This document shows, piece after piece, positions 56,761-64,000 of a DNA stretch of 64,000 nucleotides. Source of the stretch: an uncultured Gemmatimonadaceae bacterium (lineage in GTDB: Bacteria; Gemmatimonadota; Gemmatimonadetes; Gemmatimonadales; Gemmatimonadaceae); NCBI GenBank assembly GCA_963761305.1, contig CAVXGK010000002.1, positions 2,560,001 through 2,624,000 on the forward strand. Direction: 5' to 3'. Under the pieces are notes generated by a model. The model saw only the letters and a list, made by a program, of their open reading frames with translations. It searched no databases and had not been told where the DNA came from. Position 1 is the first letter of the stretch, and the number at the start of each line of letters is the position of its first letter. The position numbers and the translations under genes were made by a program.

Positions 56761-58452
56761 ATGACCTCGTTGCGACTTCTCGCCGCCGGCGCGGCCGCGC
56801 TGGTCGCGATCGGCGCCACGAACGCGCCGGCTCAGCGACTGGCTCCTGCACCAGCTGACCTCATTCTCGTCAACACGAAGATCTACACCGTCGACGATTC
56901 GCATCCGTTCGCCGAGGCGATGGCAGTACGCGGCGGGCGGGTGGCGTTCGTCGGATCGACGCACGAGGCGCTGCTGTTGCGCGGACCGTCGACCCAGGTG
57001 CTCGACCTCGCGGGACGCACGGTGATCCCCGGCATGGTCGACGCGCACGCGCACCTGTTCGAGCTCGGCACCTTCCTGCGCGACATCGACCTCACCGACA
57101 CGCGTTCGTTCGAGGCGATCGTCGCGCGGGTCGGCGAGCGAGTGAAAGGCGTCCCGGCTGGGCGCTGGGTGATCGGGCGAGGGTGGGATCAGAACAAGTG
57201 GGGCGACACGCGATTCCCGACGCACGACGCACTCTCGCGTGTCACGCCGAACAATCCCGTCGTCCTCGGGCGTATCGACGGACATGCAATCCTCGCGAAC
57301 GCGGCGGCGATGAAGGCCGCCGGCGTCACGGCCGCGACGCGCGATCCCGCCGGCGGGCGCATCGAGCGAACCGCCGCCGGTGAACCGACGGGCGTGTTCG
57401 TAGACAACGCGATGTCACTCGTCGAGAAGGTCGTGCCGCCGCTTTCACACGACGAGATGCGATCGGCCTCGCTCGCCGCGATCTCCGAGTCGAACCGCTG
57501 GGGTCTCGTCGGCCTCCACGACCCGGGTGAGCCGCGCGAGGTGCTCGACGTGTTCGAGGAGCTCGCCAAGGAGAACAAGTTCAACCTGCGCGTCTACGCG
57601 ATGATCTCCGACGACAGCGCGGCGATCGAGCACTACTTCCAGATCGGCCCGCGGAGCTCGCTCTACGACAACCACCTTTGGATTCGGGCCATCAAGCTCT
57701 ACGCCGACGGAGCGCTCGGTTCGCGCGGCGCAGCCCTGCTGGATCCGTACGCCGACGATCCGAAGAACAACGGTCTGCTCAAGTCCACACCCGAGCACCT
57801 GCGCGACGTGTCGATCCGCGCGCTGCAGCATGGCTTCCAGGTGGCGACGCACGCCATCGGCGACCGCGGCAATCGCGTGGCGCTCGACGCGTACCAGGCC
57901 GCCCTCGAGAAAGTGCCGACCGTCGACCACCGATTTCGCATCGAGCACGTCCAGGTGCTCGACCACGCCGACATCCCGCGTTTCGCGCAGCTTGGCGTCA
58001 TCCCGTCCATGCAGTCGGTCCACCAGACGAGCGACATGTACTGGGCCGCGACCAGACTCGGACCTTCACGTGTGCTCGGCGCCTACGCGTGGCGGTCGCT
58101 GCTCGAGACCGGTGTGATCGTTCCGAACGGCAGCGACTTCCCGGTGGAGCGGGTGAATCCGCTCTACTCCTTTCACGCCGCCGTCTCCCGGCAGGACGAG
58201 CACGACTGGCCGCCGGGCGGCTGGTATCCCGAGCAGCGCATGACGCGCGACGAAGCGCTCAAGTCCATGACGATTTGGCCGGCCTTCGCGGCCTTTCAGG
58301 AACAACTCATGGGGTCGCTGACGCCGGGCAAGCTCGCCGACTTCGACGTCCTGGACCGCGATATTATGGTGGTGCCGGCGTCCGAAATACTCGGAACTCA
58401 GGTGCTCGCCACGTATATTGGAGGAAGGGCGGTTTACGAACGCGGTCGCTAG
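56761..58452 (+). CDS. Amidohydrolase 3 family (YtcJ-like) protein
   Basis: PGMVDAHAH, KLYADGALGSR, HAIGD, RIEH, GSDFPVE and GKLAD motifs. Confidence 0.92.
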   Translation: MTSLRLLAAGAAALVAIGATNAPAQRLAPAPADLILVNTKIYTVDDSHPFAEAMAVRGGRVAFVGSTHEALLLRGPSTQVLDLAGRTVIPGMVDAHAHLFELGTFLRDIDLTDTRSFEAIVARVGERVKGVPAGRWVIGRGWDQNKWGDTRFPTHDALSRVTPNNPVVLGRIDGHAILANAAAMKAAGVTAATRDPAGGRIERTAAGEPTGVFVDNAMSLVEKVVPPLSHDEMRSASLAAISESNRWGLVGLHDPGEPREVLDVFEELAKENKFNLRVYAMISDDSAAIEHYFQIGPRSSLYDNHLWIRAIKLYADGALGSRGAALLDPYADDPKNNGLLKSTPEHLRDVSIRALQHGFQVATHAIGDRGNRVALDAYQAALEKVPTVDHRFRIEHVQVLDHADIPRFAQLGVIPSMQSVHQTSDMYWAATRLGPSRVLGAYAWRSLLETGVIVPNGSDFPVERVNPLYSFHAAVSRQDEHDWPPGGWYPEQRMTRDEALKSMTIWPAFAAFQEQLMGSLTPGKLADFDVLDRDIMVVPASEILGTQVLATYIGGRAVYERGR

Positions 58453-58484
58453 GATTCACCGCCGATTTTCCAGGGCGCTGAGAC

Positions 58485-58940
58485 ATGGTTCGACCCATCG
58501 CCGAGCTCGGTCCATCGGCCGAGGCGGTCAGCGAACGGTTTTCATGGTTGACGCCGGACAGGCTCCCGCGCGTGCGCGCGGTGTTGTTCGGCTTGACGCT
58601 GTTTTTCGGTCTCGCGGTCTACGTGTTTCACACGATTGGCGCGGCGCACCTCGCACAGCCGACGCTGATCAGGAAGCTGCGTGGTCTCGGCGTGCTGACG
58701 TGGTTGTACGCGCTGTTTCAGATGATTGATTTGCGATTCTATAACAGTCGCTGGGCGCAGCGCCGTCGTGCGGCCTCGGGCATCCCCGACAGCTTGCACG
58801 GCTGGCTGCTCGGGCAGATGCTCGCCTGGTTCGGCATTCTCTATTACGGCCTCACGGAAGACGTCCGCTGGTACGTCGCCGGTCTGGTCATTCTCGGTCT
58901 CAGCTTTTTCGCGTTTCCGATTCGACGGCGCTCGATGTAG
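58485..58940 (+). CDS. Hypothetical membrane protein with four TM segments
   Basis: Four hydrophobic segments; fills the gap in a co-oriented gene run. Confidence 0.65.
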   Translation: MVRPIAELGPSAEAVSERFSWLTPDRLPRVRAVLFGLTLFFGLAVYVFHTIGAAHLAQPTLIRKLRGLGVLTWLYALFQMIDLRFYNSRWAQRRRAASGIPDSLHGWLLGQMLAWFGILYYGLTEDVRWYVAGLVILGLSFFAFPIRRRSM

Positions 58941-58978
58941 GGCGCTCGAGCCCTCCGACCAGCCTCCAGCCCCACAAA

Positions 58979-60049
58979 ATGCTCAGCACGTCCTCGCTCG
59001 CGTTTCTCAAGCGGCTGCTCGACACGCCCGCGCCCTCGGGCTTCGAAGGTCCCGCCGCGCGCGTGTGGCGCGAAGAGGCGAGCGCGTTCGCCGACAAGGT
59101 GACCTCCGACGTCACCGGCAACAGCATGGCCGAGGTGAATCCCGATGGCTCGCCGACGATTCTCCTCGATGGCCACATCGACGAAATCGGCGTCATCGTG
59201 CAGTACATCGACGACGACGGCTTCGTCTATCCGTCGTCGATCGGCGGTTGGGATCCGCAGGTCCTCGTCGGCCAGCGCATCCGATTCCTCGGGCGCGGCG
59301 GCGACGTCCTCGGCGTGATCGGACGAAAGCCGATTCACCTCATCAAGGTCGCGGACCGCGAGCATGCCGCGAAGTTGACCGATCTCTGGATCGACATCGG
59401 CGCGTCGAGCCGCGCCGAAGCCGAAGGACGCTTGAGCGTCGGCGACCCGGGCGTGATCGACTCGAAGGCGGTCGACTTCCCGAATAACCGAATCGTGTCG
59501 CGCTCGATCGACGACCGCATCGGCGCCTTCGTCGTGCTCGAGGCGCTGCGCCGCTACGCGCAGCGGCCGGGCGGCGCACGCGTGGTCGCCGCGGCGACCA
59601 CGCAGGAGGAGATCGCCTTTCACGGCGGCGGCGCGCTGGTCTGCACCAACGTCATCAAGCCGCAGCTCGCGATCGTCGTCGACGTCACGTTCGCCACCGA
59701 TCATCCCAACATCGAGAAAAAGGAGATCGGCGACCACCGCATCGGCGGCGGTCCTGTAATTTCGCGCGGCTCGATCGTCTCTCCCGTCCTCTTCGACCTG
59801 CTCCGCACGACGGCGGAGCGCCACCAGATCAAATACACGGTGCACGCGGCCGGACGCGAAACGTCAACCAACGCCGACGCGATCCACATCGCGCGCGAGG
59901 GTGTCGCGACCGCGCTCGTCTCGGTGCCGAATCGCTACATGCACTCGCCGAACGAGCTGGTGAGCCTCGAGGACGTCGACAAGACGGCGAGCCTCATCGC
60001 CGAAACATGCCGCGAAGTGAGCGGCAAGACCGACTTCACCGCTCGCTGA
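58979..60049 (+). CDS. M42 family aminopeptidase
   Basis: PSGFE, HIDEIG, DDRIG, QEE, VDVT and RYMHS motifs. Confidence 0.93.
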   Translation: MLSTSSLAFLKRLLDTPAPSGFEGPAARVWREEASAFADKVTSDVTGNSMAEVNPDGSPTILLDGHIDEIGVIVQYIDDDGFVYPSSIGGWDPQVLVGQRIRFLGRGGDVLGVIGRKPIHLIKVADREHAAKLTDLWIDIGASSRAEAEGRLSVGDPGVIDSKAVDFPNNRIVSRSIDDRIGAFVVLEALRRYAQRPGGARVVAAATTQEEIAFHGGGALVCTNVIKPQLAIVVDVTFATDHPNIEKKEIGDHRIGGGPVISRGSIVSPVLFDLLRTTAERHQIKYTVHAAGRETSTNADAIHIAREGVATALVSVPNRYMHSPNELVSLEDVDKTASLIAETCREVSGKTDFTAR

Positions 60050-60077
60050 CGCGACCCAGGATCCGAGAGCAGTCGGC

Positions 60078-61001
60078 GTGCACGTCTGGTCGAGCGCGAA
60101 GTACACGTTTCCGCTGCCGAGCGGCCATCGGTTTCCGATCTCCAAATACGCGCTGCTCCGGCAGCGCGTGATCGACGACGGAATCGTCTCGGCCGAACAC
60201 GTGCACGATCCGCCGCCGGCGTCGCGCGACGACCTGCTGCTCGTGCACACGCCGGACTACGTCGACCGCTTCACCACCGGCGCGCTCACCCGCGACGAGG
60301 AGCGGCGGCTTGGCTTCCCGTGGTCGACGGCGCTCGTCGAACGATCGTATCGCGCCGCCGGCGGAACGCTCGCGGCCGCCGCCTGCGCTCTCGACGACGG
60401 TGTCGCGATGAATCTCGCCGGTGGCACGCACCACGCGTTTCCGTCGCACGGCGAAGGGTTCTGCGTCTTGAACGACGTCGCCGTCGCGGTCCGCGCGCTC
60501 CAGCGCGACGGGCGCATCGCACGCGCCGCGATCGTCGATCTCGACGTGCACCAGGGCAACGGCACCCACGCGATCTTCGCCGGCGACGATCGCGTGTTCA
60601 CGTTCAGCATGCACGGCCGGCGGAACTATCCGTTTCACAAAGTCGCCGGCTCGCTCGACGTCGAGCTCGAGGACCACACGGGCGACGACGAATACCTGTC
60701 GCTCCTCGCCGACGCTCTGCCCCGCGCGCTCGACCGCGCCGGTCCCGATCTCGTCGTCTATCTCGCCGGCGCCGACCCGTACGCCGGCGATCGACTCGGC
60801 CGGCTCTCGCTGTCGTTCGACGGACTGGCGCGCCGCGACACGTTCGTGCTCGAGCAGTGCCGCGAGGTCGGCCTGCCCGTCGTCGTCACGATCGCCGGCG
60901 GCTACGGCGAGCCGATCGACGACACAGTGACGATCCACGCGACGACCGCGCGCATCGCCGCGTCGTACGCCAACGCGCGGTCGCCCGCGCGCACGGCATA
61001 G
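60078..61001 (+). CDS. Histone deacetylase family protein
   Basis: GGTHHA, GFCVLND, DLDVHQGNGT, AGAD...DRLG and GGY motifs. Confidence 0.94.
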   Translation: MHVWSSAKYTFPLPSGHRFPISKYALLRQRVIDDGIVSAEHVHDPPPASRDDLLLVHTPDYVDRFTTGALTRDEERRLGFPWSTALVERSYRAAGGTLAAAACALDDGVAMNLAGGTHHAFPSHGEGFCVLNDVAVAVRALQRDGRIARAAIVDLDVHQGNGTHAIFAGDDRVFTFSMHGRRNYPFHKVAGSLDVELEDHTGDDEYLSLLADALPRALDRAGPDLVVYLAGADPYAGDRLGRLSLSFDGLARRDTFVLEQCREVGLPVVVTIAGGYGEPIDDTVTIHATTARIAASYANARSPARTA

Positions 61002-61020
61002 TCCACCGGCGACGCGACGC

Positions 61021-61911
61021 ATGGCGCCCATCCCTCCGCCGCGCGCATCCGGTTTCACGACGACGACGCCGGTGCCGCTCTATTGGGTCGAGTATGGTCC
61101 GGCCGACGCGCCGCCGCTGCTCGTGCTGCACGGCGGTCCCGGCGCGAGTCACGACTACTTACTGCCCCAAATGCTCGACCTCGCCGGGGACTATCGCCTG
61201 ATCTTCTATGATCAGCGCGGCGGCGGGCAGTCGAAGGCCACCGACCGGTCGCCGGTCACCTGGCGGACGCAGGTCGCCGACGTCGACGCGGTGATTCAAG
61301 AGTTCTCGCTCGACCCGGCGACGATCGTCGGCTACTCGTGGGGTGGGCTGCTCGCGATGCTGTTCGCGATCGAGTCGGCGGCCGGCCGAACGAAGAGTCG
61401 TGTCGCGAAGCTCGTCTTGCTCGACCCGGCGCCGGTGAACGCTGAACTGCGCCGGGAATTCGAAGCCGAGTTCGCGCGCCGGCAGAACACCGATACGGTG
61501 ACGCGGCTTCGCGAGGAGCTGGCGGCGAGCGGGCTGCGGAAGAGCGACCCCGACGCGCATCGCCAACGGGCGTTCGAGCTGAGCGTCGCCGGATATTTCG
61601 CCGACCCGACGGCGGCGCACGACCTGACGCCGTTTCGCGTCATGGCGCGGATTCAGGACTCCGTCTGGGAAAGCCTGCGGGACTACGACCTCACGCGCCG
61701 CAAGCAGTTGGAAACGGTCCATGTGCCCGCGCTGGTCGTCCACGGCCGGCAAGACCCGATTCCGCTCGAGTCGTCGGAGCTGGTCGCGCGAGCCCTCCAT
61801 GCCCCCCTGGTCGTCATCGACGGGGCTGGACACGTTCCATATGTTGAACAGCCCGCCGAAATGTTCGCCGCCATTCGGTCTTTCCTGTCTTCCCCCTCGA
61901 AGCCCACCTGA
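61021..61911 (+). CDS. Alpha/beta hydrolase, proline iminopeptidase-like
   Basis: HGGPG, YDQRG, GYSWGG, G..D and GH.P motifs. Confidence 0.88.
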   Translation: MAPIPPPRASGFTTTTPVPLYWVEYGPADAPPLLVLHGGPGASHDYLLPQMLDLAGDYRLIFYDQRGGGQSKATDRSPVTWRTQVADVDAVIQEFSLDPATIVGYSWGGLLAMLFAIESAAGRTKSRVAKLVLLDPAPVNAELRREFEAEFARRQNTDTVTRLREELAASGLRKSDPDAHRQRAFELSVAGYFADPTAAHDLTPFRVMARIQDSVWESLRDYDLTRRKQLETVHVPALVVHGRQDPIPLESSELVARALHAPLVVIDGAGHVPYVEQPAEMFAAIRSFLSSPSKPT

Positions 61912-61948
61912 GCGGCGAGCCCTGCCCCCGCCACCCGCGTCGCCCCGC

Positions 61949-62401
61949 ATGCCGCACGATCCGAATACTCAGCCGTTCATCGGAACGATCGAGACAGCGG
62001 GCCGCCGATACCAGGTGACCTGTCGCGTCGCTTTCGACGGCGTGGAATACGTCGGCCGCTTGTGGTTTTCCGAAGAGGACTGGGACGACGCCGGTCTCCC
62101 CGATCGCGGAATGATTCCCGGCAAGAGCCGCGAAGACGTTCTTGCGCAGGCCCGCGAGTTTTCCGATGAGCAGCTCCTCCTGCGCTATCGCCGTGCCCTG
62201 TCCGACAAGCGCCGGTATCTCAAGCTTCGCCGGGACACCGACGAGATCCTGACGAAGATCCGCTACCTCAACCAGATCGCGACGTCGGTGCGCAACGGCC
62301 TGCTCGACGAGGACGGCGCCAACCAGGAGATCGATCTCACCGAGCACCAGCTCCACGAGTGCATTCAGCGCCTCCGCGACGACGCGGGCCTGGAAGAGTG
62401 A
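61949..62401 (+). CDS. Hypothetical protein, 150 aa
   Basis: Protein-like composition (FDGVEYVGRLWF followed by a helical C-terminal half); its stop overlaps the nth start (GTGA). Confidence 0.72.
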   Translation: MPHDPNTQPFIGTIETAGRRYQVTCRVAFDGVEYVGRLWFSEEDWDDAGLPDRGMIPGKSREDVLAQAREFSDEQLLLRYRRALSDKRRYLKLRRDTDEILTKIRYLNQIATSVRNGLLDEDGANQEIDLTEHQLHECIQRLRDDAGLEE

Positions 62402-63075
62402 GACGCGTGCCCGCGACCGCCGCCAAGCGGCGACGTGCACGGAGTGCGACTCCGGAACGAGCCCGTGAGATCTACGAGCGTCTCATCGAGCACTATCCGG
62501 ACGCGCATTGCGCCCTCGATTTCAAGTCGCCGTTCCAACTGCTCATCGCCACGATCTTGAGCGCGCAGTGCACGGACAAGCGCGTCAACATGGTCACGCC
62601 CGCCCTCTTCAAGCGCTACCGCACGCCGGCGGCACTCGCCGCGGCCAACCCCGAAGAGCTCGAGGAGATCATCAAGTCCACCGGATTCTTCCGGAACAAG
62701 ACCAAGAGTCTGCTCGGTATGTCCAACGCCGTCGATGAGCAGCACCGTGGAAGGGTGCCCGATTCGATGGACGAGTTGGTGAAGCTGCCGGGCGTGGGCC
62801 GAAAGACGGCGAACGTCATCCTCGGAAATGCGTTTGACAAGAATGAAGGCGTGGTCGTCGACACGCACGTGGGACGCGTGAGCAAGCGGCTCGGGCTCAC
62901 GAAGCAGACGGATCCGGTGAAGGTCGAGCGGGATTTGATGAAGCTCTTTCCGAACGACCGGTGGACGATGCTGTCCCACCTGCTGATCGAGCACGGCCGG
63001 CGCATTTGCGAAGCGCGACGTCCCAAATGCGAGGCGTGCTTTCTCTCCGACATCTGTCCGTCTTCGACCGTCTAG
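62398..63075 (+). CDS. nth: Endonuclease III
   Basis: LSAQCTD, LPGVGRKTANV, VDTH and the C-x6-C-x2-C-x5-C Fe-S cluster motif. Confidence 0.95.
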   Translation: MRRVPATAAKRRRARSATPERAREIYERLIEHYPDAHCALDFKSPFQLLIATILSAQCTDKRVNMVTPALFKRYRTPAALAAANPEELEEIIKSTGFFRNKTKSLLGMSNAVDEQHRGRVPDSMDELVKLPGVGRKTANVILGNAFDKNEGVVVDTHVGRVSKRLGLTKQTDPVKVERDLMKLFPNDRWTMLSHLLIEHGRRICEARRPKCEACFLSDICPSSTV

Positions 63076-63101
63076 GAACTCGAATTCACATACCTGCACC
63101 C

Positions 63102-63590
63102 ATGACGATGCGGCTTCTGCTCCTCCTTGTCGCGGCCGGCGCGTTGGCCGCGTGCTCGTCGTCTCCGCCCCCGGAGGCCGACATCACACCCGTGGTCGTG
63201 AAGGACACGGCGCGGCCCGGCTCGCTGCCGGTCGCTGCCGGCGACTGCGCCGAGGCGCTTCGACGCGCCGTCGACAAACCGGACCTCGTCGTCGACGAGC
63301 TCCCGACGCTCGTCACGGCGAAGCCCGCGCCGCTCCAACACCCGCCGCGCACCGCCCTCCGCAAGGATGGCAGCGCCGAGGTCAAGATCGACGTCGTCAT
63401 CGACACGCTCGGCAAAGCGGACATGAAGACCTTCAAGGTCGTGGCCACGTCGAGCCCGTGGCTCGCCACCAACGTGAAGAGCGTCATCGCGAAATGGACG
63501 TTCACGCCGGCGCAGCTCGCCGGGTGCAAAGTCCCTCGCGTCTACCATTTTTACGCGTCCGCGCCGCCGCGCACAAAATCCGGGGACTGA
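63102..63590 (+). CDS. Lipoprotein with a TonB C-terminal-like domain
   Basis: LAAC lipobox; V.IDVVIDT.GKAD...KVV...W.F.PA...G.KV pattern. Confidence 0.7.
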   Translation: MTMRLLLLLVAAGALAACSSSPPPEADITPVVVKDTARPGSLPVAAGDCAEALRRAVDKPDLVVDELPTLVTAKPAPLQHPPRTALRKDGSAEVKIDVVIDTLGKADMKTFKVVATSSPWLATNVKSVIAKWTFTPAQLAGCKVPRVYHFYASAPPRTKSGD

Positions 63591-63603
63591 CTAGCTTCTA
63601 CCC

Positions 63604-64000
63604 ATGTCGAAAACCGCCACCTTCGAAACCAACAAAGGCAAAATCGTCGCCGAGCTGTTCGAGAAGGACGCTCCGAACACGGTCGCCAACTTCGAGAAGC
63701 TCGCCAACGACGGCTTCTATGACGGCGTGAAGTTCCACCGCGTGATCGCGGACTTCGTCGTGCAGGGCGGCGATCCGCTCTCGCGCGACCTCCCGGCCGG
63801 CGACCGCCGCATCGGCACGGGCGGACCGGGCTACAAGATCAAGTGCGAAACCGCGGGCAATCCGCACAAGCACGAAGTCGGTGCGCTCTCGATGGCGCAC
63901 GCAGGCAAGGACACCGGCGGCAGCCAGTTCTTCATGGTGCTCAGCGAGGAGAACACGCGGCACCTGAACGGCGTCCACACAGTGTTCGGCAAGATCTCGA
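63604..64000 (+). CDS. Cyclophilin-type peptidyl-prolyl isomerase (runs off the window end; not in the ORF track)
   Basis: Manual translation: [25 protein letters not shown]...[17 protein letters not shown]...[18 protein letters not shown]...HTVFGK. Confidence 0.95.
   Translation, partial: MSKTATFETNKGKIVAELFEKDAPNTVANFEKLANDGFYDGVKFHRVIADFVVQGGDPLSRDLPAGDRRIGTGGPGYKIKCETAGNPHKHEVGALSMAHAGKDTGGSQFFMVLSEENTRHLNGVHTVFGKIS

Noticed and set aside
34471..61001. SET methyltransferase and HDAC-family genes as a chromatin-like modification system
   Set aside because: They are 25 kb apart in unrelated operons, and both families are common in bacteria.

Overview
GC-rich bacterial chromosomal window with about 55 protein-coding genes. 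The gene content suggests Gemmatimonadota, which is an inference and not a database result: ADOP permease, many secreted peptidases, Gly/Arg-rich linkers and barrel-less TonB-plug proteins. I recognised no rRNA, tRNA, CRISPR array, integrase or transposase. Most of the window is peptidases and hydrolases (S9, two M1, M61, M42, a zinc metalloprotease, two amidohydrolases), housekeeping genes (alkA-like, nth, thiolase, a frameshifted FadN-type gene, cyclophilin), an ECF42/DGPF pair with its promoter, and a four-gene minor-pilin cluster. The best candidate for an undescribed system is 5955-14253, two convergent operons: [beta-barrel protein, secreted protein with an FN3-like C-terminus, ECF sigma, membrane anti-sigma] -> <- [signal-peptide TPR-CHAT protease, small secreted protein]. 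Both outer ends carry the same ECF-type promoter motif TGAGAAT-N14-TGCGT, 7-8 nt before the start codon. This suggests one co-regulated envelope-signalling unit in which a caspase-like protease controls the sigma factor. Other oddities are a degenerate 21-nt-period array in a 1.1 kb gap, a (GTCCACCC)10 array with solo copies beside stop codons, a 3'-truncated permease, and many apparently leaderless starts.
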